From NCBI GenBank assembly GCA_016793265.1, contig JAEUHT010000041.1:1865-65864 (forward strand): 64,000 nt of DNA, read 5' to 3'. Below are positions 37,611 to 50,355 of this stretch, in pieces. The position numbers and the translations under genes were made by a program. The stretch comes from Planctomycetota bacterium (GTDB taxonomy: Bacteria > Planctomycetota > UBA1135 > UBA2386). Each line of letters begins with the position of its first letter. Within the stretch, counting starts at the first letter, position 1. Below the pieces are notes generated by a model that saw nothing but the letters and a program-made list of their open reading frames with translations, was not told the origin of the DNA and searched no databases.

Positions 37611-38141
37611 ATGAGCATGGACGCCAAGCAGACGGAAGCGCGCAGCCTCATGCAGTGGCTGCGCGACATGCCGAGGTGGAAGAAGATCGCCGTCGCGGCC
37701 GGGCTCGGCACCGTCGCCGTCGGCGCGGTGCTGCACGTGACCACCGGCGGCGCGACCACCGGCAGCGGCGCCCCGGGCGGCCTGCAAACGAGCCTCGTCG
37801 AGGGCAGTGGCAAGAGCGGCTCCACGGCGGCGATCGAACCGGCGTCGCAGGGCGTGTTCCGCCTCGGCTTCAGCTTCCTCGCCGGCTTCTGCATCGGCAG
37901 CTTCCTGCGCGCTACGTTGCGCATCGCCGCGATCGCCTTCGGCTTCTGGCTCTGCATGACCTTCGTGCTCAGCTACATGGGCATCGTCGTCGTCGACTGG
38001 AACGCCATGGACGCGCTCTGGAACCGCTTCGCCGAGAACGTCGGCAAGGAGTGGGCGGACTTCCAGACCTTCATCACCGGCAGCCTGCCCGCCGCCGGTC
38101 TCGCCGTCACCGGCCTGATGGTCGGCCTCAAGAAGCACTGA
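37611..38141 (+). CDS. FUN14 family membrane protein
   Basis: LGFSFLAGFCIGSFLR..RIAAIAFG..LSYMGIVVVDW..GLMVGLK pattern. Confidence 0.8.
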   Translation: MSMDAKQTEARSLMQWLRDMPRWKKIAVAAGLGTVAVGAVLHVTTGGATTGSGAPGGLQTSLVEGSGKSGSTAAIEPASQGVFRLGFSFLAGFCIGSFLRATLRIAAIAFGFWLCMTFVLSYMGIVVVDWNAMDALWNRFAENVGKEWADFQTFITGSLPAAGLAVTGLMVGLKKH

Positions 38142-38177
38142 GCGCCGCGGCTCGGGCGGCGCGCGGCCGTCGCCGCG

Positions 38178-39770
<1,593 letters not shown>

Positions 39771-39852
39771 GGTGGGGCGAAGAGGGTACGGCGGGGGTCG
39801 GCGGAATCCAGCGCTACCGCCGCCGGCGCCCGCCGGACTATGCTGCCCGGCC

Positions 39853-40212
39853 GTGTTGGCCTTCTTCGACAGCCTGGGCATGCCCGAGATGATCCTGCTG
39901 GTGATCGTCGGGCTCGTGCTCTACGGCCGCAACCTGCCGGAGGCGGCGCGCAACTTCGGTCAGGTGCTGGCCAAGTTCCGCCGCGGCTTCCACGAGTTCA
40001 AGGACCAGCTCGACCGCGACGGCCAGCTGCGCGAGATGAAGAAGGTCATCGACGACGCCAAGCGCGACGTCACCAGCGCGACCGCGGTGCCGCGGGCGAT
40101 CGCCGACCCAGGCCGTGCGCTGCGCGACCTGACCAACGACACGCTGGTGTCGCCGATCAACGAGCCGACGACGACGACTCCGCCGCCGCCCCAGCAGCCG
40201 CCCGCCGACTGA
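39853..40212 (+). CDS. Twin-arginine translocase TatA/TatB family subunit
   Basis: LGMPEMILLVIVGLVLYG.NLPEAARNFG...KFRR. Confidence 0.88.
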   Translation: MLAFFDSLGMPEMILLVIVGLVLYGRNLPEAARNFGQVLAKFRRGFHEFKDQLDRDGQLREMKKVIDDAKRDVTSATAVPRAIADPGRALRDLTNDTLVSPINEPTTTTPPPPQQPPAD

Positions 40213-40218
40213 TCCCGG

Positions 40219-40815
40219 CTACTTGCCGCCCGGCTTCTTGTGCGTGGCTTTGATGGCCTGCTCGCCGGCGTCGAAGATGCTCATCCAGTCGTCGCTCTTG
40301 GCCGGCGCCGTGCTGCGCTTCTTGGCCTCGTCCTCACGCCGCTTCTGCTCCTGCTCCACCCACTGCGGGTAGTCCTTGTGGATCTCCGTCAGCACCTTCT
40401 TGTTCTCGCTGACGAGACCGACGTACGGGAACAGGTCGCAGTCATGCTCCTTCTGGATGCGCGCGAACTCCTCGAACGTCGTCATCACCGGCATGGCGAC
40501 GCAGACGATGTCGCCGAACACGTCGAGCGGCACGATGGTGTGCTTGAACAGCACTTCCTTGGGCAGCCGGTTCTTCGCTTCGTCGCTGATCTGGTAGTTG
40601 CCAGCCATCAGGAACGGCAGGTTGAAGCACTCGGTGACGATCTTGGCGAGGTCCCACTCGGTGATGTGACCGCCGCTGACGAGCGTCTGTACGAACGGCT
40701 CGGAGTGTTTGTCCTGCGAGTAGAGCGCGTCGGTCACCACCTCCGACGGCACGACGCCGCGTTCGGTGAGGATCTCGGCGAGGCGGACCGACGTGATCTT
40801 CTCGATGCCCTTCAC
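40219..40815 (-). CDS. Stand-alone MshEN / T2SSE-N-terminal domain protein (no ATPase)
   Basis: RLAEILTERGVVPSEVVTDALYSQ 24-residue MshEN-like motif, then LPKEVLFKHTIVPL..VAM; GTG 40815 preferred over ATG 40866 because of the promoter motif. Confidence 0.75.
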   Translation of the reverse strand: MKGIEKITSVRLAEILTERGVVPSEVVTDALYSQDKHSEPFVQTLVSGGHITEWDLAKIVTECFNLPFLMAGNYQISDEAKNRLPKEVLFKHTIVPLDVFGDIVCVAMPVMTTFEEFARIQKEHDCDLFPYVGLVSENKKVLTEIHKDYPQWVEQEQKRREDEAKKRSTAPAKSDDWMSIFDAGEQAIKATHKKPGGK

Positions 40816-40824
40816 CCGCCGATC

Positions 40825-40851
40825 ATCGGTCCGGGCCACGCTGCGGCTTGA
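40825..40851 (-). promoter_or_regulatory. Sigma28-like promoter of the MshEN gene
   Basis: TCAAG-N16-ACCGAT, 9 nt before GTG 40815. Confidence 0.45.
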
Positions 40852-40878
40852 GGCAGCCGTTGCCATGGCGATCTGGGG

Positions 40879-42378
40879 TCAGGAGTAGATCAGGAACGTC
40901 AGCACCGCGTGCACCGTCAGCACCAGCGCCATGCCGATGACGATGGCGGCGTTGACGGCCTCGCCGACGTCGGCGCCCGAACGTTTCGGGCCGGTGCCGA
41001 GGTGGTAGCAGCAGATGGCGACGAGATAGCCGGACAGTGTCGATTTCCCCGACACCACGAGCACGTCGCGCGCGTCGACGGTGGCGAAGTAGGCGTTGAC
41101 CCAGCCGGCGGTGGTGATCGCGGCGACGCTCTTGGCGGCGAACAAGGACGCCAGCGCCGCGGCCATGACGCCGCCGAGCGTGACCAGCGGCATCGCGATC
41201 ACCATGCCCCACACGAGCGGCGTCAGCAGGTAGTCCGCCGGCCGCACGCCCATCATCTGCAGCGCGGCGATCTGGTTGGTGCGCTTCATCGTGCCGAGGC
41301 GGGCGGCGGCGCCGGCGGCGATGCGCGCGGTGAAGAAGAAGCCGCTCAGCATCGGCACCAGGACCGCGGTGGCGACCTTGCCGGTGCCGGTGAGCAGGGC
41401 AGACTCGAAGCCGCCGTGGATCGGGTTGTTGCGCAGCGCGAAGAACGTCGCCAGACCGCCGATCACGGCGCCGGCGATGGCCACGAACAAAGCCGGTTCG
41501 AGCGCGAAGCGCGCCGTCGTGCGCAGCACCTGGCCGAGTTCGAACGGCGGCAGCCGACGCAGCGACTCGAACACCGTCTCGCAGATCGCCCCGAGCCGCA
41601 ACAACGCGCGCCGCACGCCGTGCAGCGGCAGCAGGTCCTGGTTCGCCACTTCGCCGTTCTGCTTCATCACCGCGCTGCCGGTGGCGCGGTAGCCGGGCGC
41701 CTCGAGCCGCAGCGTGCGCGCGGCGGCGTCGAGCACGAGTACGCCGTCGTGCACACCATCGAAGGCGGCGACGTCATGGGTGATGACGAGCGTGGTGCGC
41801 TCGACATCCTGGTCGTGGGCGTCGCGCAGCAACCGGGCGATGTGGCGCGCTGCCTCCGGATCGAGGCCGGCGGTCGGTTCGTCGCAGAGCAGCAGCCGCG
41901 GCGACGATGCCAGCGCCCGGGCGACGGCGAGTCGCTTGCGCATGCCACCGGACAGTTGGGCGGTGCGTTCGGGCGGCGATTCGAGACCGGCCTGGGCCAG
42001 CAGTCCGGGCGCCAACCGCGGCGAACGACCGGCTGCGCGCAGCGCCATCTCGACGTTCTGGCGCGGTGTCAGTTCGTCGAGCAGGCCTTCGTCCTGCAGG
42101 ATCGCAGCCACCTTGTCGCGCAGCGATTCGGCGTGATCGGCGGTCACCGGCTCGCCCCACGCCAGCAGTTGTCCGCTCAGCCGCGGCGCCGGTTCGCGCG
42201 CTTCGACCAGCCCGGCCAGCACGCGCAACAGCGACGACTTGCCGCCGCCGCTGGCGCCGACGAACAGGTAGAAGCCGTGGGGCGCCAGCGCCAGGTCGAC
42301 CGCTTCGAGCAGCACCTCCTCGCCGGTCGGCCGGCTGTGCGCGAGGCCGAAGCCGCGGAACTCGAGCGCGACGGTCAT
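40879..42378 (-). CDS. Fused MlaF-like ATPase + MlaE-like permease
   Basis: GASGGGKS, LSGGMRKR, CDEPTAGLDP, ITHD; then ARIAAGAAARLGTMKRTNQIAALQMMG and VGEAVNAAIV. Confidence 0.88.
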   Translation of the reverse strand: MTVALEFRGFGLAHSRPTGEEVLLEAVDLALAPHGFYLFVGASGGGKSSLLRVLAGLVEAREPAPRLSGQLLAWGEPVTADHAESLRDKVAAILQDEGLLDELTPRQNVEMALRAAGRSPRLAPGLLAQAGLESPPERTAQLSGGMRKRLAVARALASSPRLLLCDEPTAGLDPEAARHIARLLRDAHDQDVERTTLVITHDVAAFDGVHDGVLVLDAAARTLRLEAPGYRATGSAVMKQNGEVANQDLLPLHGVRRALLRLGAICETVFESLRRLPPFELGQVLRTTARFALEPALFVAIAGAVIGGLATFFALRNNPIHGGFESALLTGTGKVATAVLVPMLSGFFFTARIAAGAAARLGTMKRTNQIAALQMMGVRPADYLLTPLVWGMVIAMPLVTLGGVMAAALASLFAAKSVAAITTAGWVNAYFATVDARDVLVVSGKSTLSGYLVAICCYHLGTGPKRSGADVGEAVNAAIVIGMALVLTVHAVLTFLIYS

Positions 42379-42385
42379 CGCCGGC

Positions 42386-43852
42386 TCACCTCGGCCGCAG
42401 GTCGGCGGGCAGGCGGGCGAACGCGACCACGTCGCCGCGGCCAGCCTCGGGCTTGAACGCGAACACGCCGTGCACGCTGCCGCCGCGCATCACCGCCGCG
42501 CCGAGCAGGTCCGCCGTCGCCTTGGCCTCGGCGGTCAGCGGTTGGTTGAGCGGAGCGCCATCCGGGCCCGCGCTGCGCAGCGAGAGGCCATCGGCGCCGG
42601 CGGGCAGTTCCTCGCTGGCGAAGCGGCTGCCGGCGGTGCCGCCGAGATCCGGCGGGGCGTCCTCGATCACCAGCGCGGCGAGATCGGCACCTTGTGGGTC
42701 GACCCAGACGCGGCCGGCGCGACGCACCAGTCCATCGGGCAGCAGCACCTCGAGCTTCTCGTCGGCGATGTCCGGGGCGCCACCGAAGGTGTCGTGTTCG
42801 GTGTAGCTGCCGTCGACGAGGCTGCGGGCGGTGACCACGACGGCGCGGCCCGAACGATCGAGGAACAGCGTGCCGGTGCCCTGGCGGTGCACGGGGTCAT
42901 CGGGGCTGAAGGTGTCGCGCTCGACGGCGTCGTAGGTGATGCGCACGAGCACCACGTCGTCGGGTGTCGTGTGCGGCACCGCCTTCGGCTGCACCAGCGC
43001 GTTCGCCGGCACGCCGGCGACCTCGACCTGCGGCCGCTGCGCCTGCGCCGCCGTGCGGTAGCCATCCTGCACCGGTCCGCCGCGGCCCGGTTCCGTGTAG
43101 TAGCTGACGTACGGCGACACGATCGCGCTGGCATCGGTGAGCGTGAAGCCAGAGAACAACGCGCCGCTGACCGACGGTCGCGCCACCCAGAACTGCGTCT
43201 GCTCGGTCACCGTCTGCCGGAAGGCGCGCGTGATGCGCACCGTGAGTTCGACGTGGGTGCCGGCCGGTGCCAGCTGCACCTTGCGCACGTCGCCGGTCTG
43301 CATGCCGCGGAAGATCACGGCGGCCCCTGGCTTGAGGCCGTGGTTCTCGGGCACCAGCAGGGTCATCAGCAGGTCGCCGTGGCCGAGGTCCTCGAGCGAT
43401 TCGGCTTCGGCCGGTGGCCGTTCGCTGCCGTTCAACAGGCTCGCCGGCGCCAGCGGTGAACCGCGTTCGGCCGGGGTCTGGAAGGCGATGTAGGAGTCGC
43501 GCACGAGCGTGTCGAGGCCGCTGGCGCCGCCGGTCAGGCCGCCGAACCGCGGCGTGACGATCCAGAACTGGCTGTTGACGCAGGCGTGGGCGGCGCCAGC
43601 CGGGTCGAGCAACAGCTGCGCGACCGCCTTGTCGCCGTCGCCGCTGATCGACACCGACCGCACGGTGCCGACGGTGACCCCGCGGAAGCGCACGTCGGCG
43701 CCGTCTCGCAGGCCGCGGGCGTCCTTGAACTCGACCCGCAGCGCGAGGCCAGGGCGATCGTCCAGGTTGCGCAGGATGCGCACGAACCAGACCGCTGCGA
43801 CGATCGCCGCGGCGAGGGTCAACACGCCGATCAGGTAGCGCAGGCGGTGCAT
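42386..43852 (-). CDS. Two-MCE-domain PqiB-like protein with C-terminal degenerate trypsin-like domain
   Basis: TM; FKDARGL..GADVRFRGVTVGTV..FWIVTP..GLDTLV; second GLKPGAAVIFRGMQTGDV..FWV; C-terminal GTG..VVTARSLV..DLAAL. Confidence 0.85.
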   Translation of the reverse strand: MHRLRYLIGVLTLAAAIVAAVWFVRILRNLDDRPGLALRVEFKDARGLRDGADVRFRGVTVGTVRSVSISGDGDKAVAQLLLDPAGAAHACVNSQFWIVTPRFGGLTGGASGLDTLVRDSYIAFQTPAERGSPLAPASLLNGSERPPAEAESLEDLGHGDLLMTLLVPENHGLKPGAAVIFRGMQTGDVRKVQLAPAGTHVELTVRITRAFRQTVTEQTQFWVARPSVSGALFSGFTLTDASAIVSPYVSYYTEPGRGGPVQDGYRTAAQAQRPQVEVAGVPANALVQPKAVPHTTPDDVVLVRITYDAVERDTFSPDDPVHRQGTGTLFLDRSGRAVVVTARSLVDGSYTEHDTFGGAPDIADEKLEVLLPDGLVRRAGRVWVDPQGADLAALVIEDAPPDLGGTAGSRFASEELPAGADGLSLRSAGPDGAPLNQPLTAEAKATADLLGAAVMRGGSVHGVFAFKPEAGRGDVVAFARLPADLRPR

Positions 43853-43954
43853 CGGGTCAGGTTCTCCGGCGCGATCCTCGGATCGGCGCGTCCTTGTGGC
43901 CAACCGGCGGTCGCCTTCGTCACGCGCGCCACCGCTGGCGGTCGACCGGGAGGC

Positions 43955-46756
<2,802 letters not shown>

Positions 46757-46757
<1 letters not shown>

Positions 46758-47851
46758 CAGGCGCCGCTGATCGGCATGACGACATAGGTGAACGACTCGC
46801 CGAGCGTGAACTTGGCAGGCATCGAGTCGTCGGACATGTCCAGGCGCACCTGATCGAGATGGCACTGGCGCAGCGCCTCGAGGATGTAGTCCGGGTTGAA
46901 GTTGATGCTGCCGCCGGCGCCGCGCACGACGGCGTCGACGACGATGTCGGCGCGGCCGCGGGTCGAGCTCTCGGCGGTCATGCGCAGCGACTGGTCGCCG
47001 ACCTCGAACCGCACCATGCGCAGCTCGGCCGAGCACAAGATGGAGGCGCGGCGCAGCGCACCTTCGAGCACGGCCCGCTGGATCTCGACCGTGGTATCCG
47101 CCGCCTTCGGCAGCACCCCCTCGTAGTCCGGGAAGCGCGTCTCCAGCAACTGGCTGACCAGCTTCATGCGGGGGGTCGTGAAGACGATCTGCTTGTCGCC
47201 GACCTCGATCGCCAGCGGGTCCTTGGAGTTCTCGGGCAGGGCGCGCGCCAGCGTCGTCAGCGCCCGCAGCGGCACCACCACCTTGAACTCGTTCTTGGTG
47301 TCGACGTTCTCGTAGCTGATCGCCAGGCGCCGCCCGTCGGTCGCCACCAGCCGCACGCAGCCGGCGGCGGCGTCCATCAGCACGCCGTTGATGGCGTAGC
47401 GCGTCTCCTCGCGGGCGGCCGCGAACACCGTCTCCTGGGTCATGCCCAGCATGCGGCCGGCGGGGATCTCGATGCGCTTGCCGGAGCGCACCTGCGCCTC
47501 GGCCGGGTATTGCTCCGGATCCTCGCCGAGCAGCACGAACGACCCGCCGCCGCTCTCGATGCGGCAGCGCTGGTCCATGCTCTCCAGGGTCACGGTCGGG
47601 TCGCTGAGCTCGCGCAGCAGCGCCGCGGTCTCGCGCGCCGGCAGCAGCATGACGCCGGGCTTGCTGACCTTCACCGAGTCGAGGTGCACGCTGGCGGCCA
47701 TCTCCAGGTCGGTGGCGAACAGCGTGATGCCTTCGCCGTCGGCGCGCAGCAGCAGGTTCATCAGGATCGGCTTGGTCGACTTGGCCGGCACGACCGAAGA
47801 GACCACGGTCACAGCTTCCTGCAGGGCGGTGCGATCGCAGAGGATCTTCAT
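46757..47851 (-). CDS. dnaN: DNA polymerase III beta sliding clamp
   Basis: KPILMN, ATDLE, TVFAA..ETRYAING, VATDGRRL, FPDY, FNPDY, YVVMP. Confidence 0.97.
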
Positions 47852-48385
47852 GTCGGGCTGTCGTCTCGGTTGTTGGACGCGGCGTTGGCGAGGCTGATCG
47901 GCGCTGCTCGCACGCGGCAGACGGATGATCTGAGCTCTGAGAGAATTCTCTCTCTCATCACAGTCGTCCGTGCCGTCACGAGTGTGGAGAGGATAGCGGC
48001 GAACGGGCTCAGAGCGAGGCTTTCCAGCGCTTCCGTGGCAGTTCCGGCACCTTGGAAAACCCCGGGGAAACTGCTCCTCGCAACTGACATCCTGCACATC
48101 GTGCGCGGCTCGGTGATGCCCGGTCGGCGCGGCGTTGAGGACTGCCCACGGTTCTGCGCAGCGCCTGCAGGCCGCGTCCCATGCTTCTGCACGGATCTCG
48201 CGACGGTTTGACGCCAGCATGTGCCGCTGCCGGTCACGGGACGGACCCAGGCGTCAAGAGATTGGCTGCCGGTGACGAACACACGGCTCGAAGGCGGCCG
48301 GGCCCGGCGTGGGCCCGACGCGTGGTCCGCCGGCCTCGACCCGGAGGGAGGCCTGGCATCAGCCCCAGCGGAGGCTGCCCGGCGA
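47852..48385. other. oriC: Putative oriC (dnaA-dnaN intergenic region)
   Basis: ~530-bp non-coding gap; locally AT-rich tract 47939-47962 next to TGTGGAGAG (47983-47991); several degenerate DnaA boxes (48051-48059, 48090-48098, 48152-48160, 48185-48193). Confidence 0.65.
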
Positions 48386-49885
48386 TCAGGCGCGGAAGGA
48401 ACGCGTCAGCAGCCGGTTGGACAGGCTGTCGAGCAGTTCCTTGAACAGCCGGTCCTTCTGCGTGCGTTCGCGGATCTTGTTGACCGCGTAGAGCACCGTG
48501 GTGTGGTCGCGGTTGCCAAAAATGCGACCGACGTCCTCGAGCGAGTTCTCGGTGTGCTCGCGCAGCATGAACATGGCGATCTGGCGCGGCATGCTCACCG
48601 TCTGCGTGCGGCTCTTGCCGACCAGTTCGCGGGCGGTGATGGCGAACTCGGTCGTCACCAGCGTCATGACGTCGTCGACCGAGACCTGGGCGTGGCGCAC
48701 CGGCATGCCGCGCACGCAGCTCTCGGCCAAGGCCAACGTGATCGGCTGGTCGGTGATCGCGGCGAAGCCGACGACCTTGATCACCGCGCCCTCGAGCTCG
48801 CGGATGTTGGTGGTCACGCGTTCGGCCAGGAACCGGGCGACGTCGTCGGGCAGTTCGACGCCGCGGCCGGCGGCTTTGCGGCGCACGATCGTCACGCGGG
48901 TGTCGAAGCACGGCGCCTCGACCTCGGCGACCAGGCCCCACTTGAAGCGCGAGACCAGCCGTTCCTCGATGGTCGGGATCTCGACCGGCGGCCGGTCCGA
49001 CGACAGCACGATCTGGCGCTGGCCGTCGTAGAGCGAGTTGAAGGTGTGGAAGAACTCCTCCTGGGTCTTGTCCTTGTTGGCCAGGAACTGCACATCGTCG
49101 ATCACCAGCACATCGGCGCTGCGGCAATAGTCGCGGAACGCATCGAGCTGGTGCGCCTGGATCGCCTGGATGAAGGCGTTGGTGAAGTCCTCGCAGCTCA
49201 TGTAGAGCACGCGGGCGTTCTGGTCGCGGCGCAGCACCGTGTGGCAGATCGCCTGCAGCAGGTGCGACTTGCCGAGGCCGACGTTGCCGTGCACGAACAG
49301 CGGGTTGTAGGCGCAGCCAGGGTTCTCGCCGATGGCGAGGCTCGAAGCGTGGGCGAGGCGGTTGCAGGCGCCGACGACGAAGCGATCGAAGGTGTAGTTG
49401 GGGTTGAGCTGGTTGCCGATGCGGCGCAGACCACCAGCTCCCTGGTGCCCCGGTGCCACCGGGCGCGGCGCCGGCGCTGCCGTCAGGCTCGCCACCGACG
49501 GCTGGGCGGCGACCGGCGTGCGTTCGTCGCGCAGCCGCAGCAGGCGATCCATCTCGTCGGCGATCGGCGACGGGTTGGCGAAGCGCAGGCTGTCCCAACC
49601 GTCTTCGTCGCGGTTGCCGAGCACGAGCCGGCGCCTGGGTTCCCCGAGCGCGGCGACGGCCTCCTGCAGCACACCGAGGTAGTTCTTCTGCAGCCAGTCG
49701 CGCACGAACTGGCTGGTCACGGTGAGTTCGATCTCACGGTCGTCGATGCGGCGAACATCCAACGAACGGAACCAGGTCTCGAGCTGCTCGCGGCGCACGC
49801 GGCCGCCGAGGTGCTGCAGGATGTTGCGCAGGAGCTCGCGCTCGGGTGCAGGAGTCGTGGGGTCTGGCACGGTGGCTTCAACCAT
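48386..49885 (-). CDS. dnaA: Chromosomal replication initiator DnaA
   Basis: LNPNYTFDRFVVG, YNPLFVHGNVGLGKSHLL, IDDVQFL, QEEFFHTFN, NIRELEGA, FGNRDHTTV. Confidence 0.98.
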   Translation of the reverse strand: MVEATVPDPTTPAPERELLRNILQHLGGRVRREQLETWFRSLDVRRIDDREIELTVTSQFVRDWLQKNYLGVLQEAVAALGEPRRRLVLGNRDEDGWDSLRFANPSPIADEMDRLLRLRDERTPVAAQPSVASLTAAPAPRPVAPGHQGAGGLRRIGNQLNPNYTFDRFVVGACNRLAHASSLAIGENPGCAYNPLFVHGNVGLGKSHLLQAICHTVLRRDQNARVLYMSCEDFTNAFIQAIQAHQLDAFRDYCRSADVLVIDDVQFLANKDKTQEEFFHTFNSLYDGQRQIVLSSDRPPVEIPTIEERLVSRFKWGLVAEVEAPCFDTRVTIVRRKAAGRGVELPDDVARFLAERVTTNIRELEGAVIKVVGFAAITDQPITLALAESCVRGMPVRHAQVSVDDVMTLVTTEFAITARELVGKSRTQTVSMPRQIAMFMLREHTENSLEDVGRIFGNRDHTTVLYAVNKIRERTQKDRLFKELLDSLSNRLLTRSFRA

Positions 49886-50355
49886 GGTCGGTGGTCGGTT
49901 CCTGCGGTGTGGGATCTCCCCCAGTGCCCTCGCCCGCCAGTGCCCTCGGTCACCCTCTCCTCAGGTACGCACCGGTAGCCTGAAGGCTGCTGGCGGTTCC
50001 CTGGGAGGGCCTCCCCAGGCTCTCTGCACCGATTCAGGATGGGCGTTCCGAGCGGGACGAGGTAGTCGGCTCGGACTGAAGCGGTGAGAGTGGGAAGGGC
50101 GAGTGGTCGAGAAGACTGCTGGCTGAGTCTGGCTGGCTGAGATCCTGATGCTGCCTCGCAGGCCAGTTAGGCGACTGGTGCTGCGCGGCGGACTGACGAC
50201 TGCGTTCTACCGACGCGGTGCAGTCTTGCAAGAGCACTCCGTCGAGTTTGCACGCTGCGCGCACAAGGTTCTTCACAGCATGTTCGTGGTCGCTGCACGC
50301 TCGACCACCGCGGACAACAACTTGGAGCGCGCGGCGCCGCGCAGGTGCGACACGA
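49886..50355. promoter_or_regulatory. dnaA upstream regulatory region, possible second half of a bipartite origin
   Basis: 470-bp non-coding region; TTCTTCACA (50269-50277), GTTTGCACG (50246-50254), CTCTGCACC (50022-50030); direct repeats and hairpins. Confidence 0.5.

Noticed and set aside
47852-48220. N-terminal extension of DnaN in the ORF track
   Set aside because: DnaN homology begins at MKILCDR (47851); the extension is low-complexity and crosses the likely oriC.
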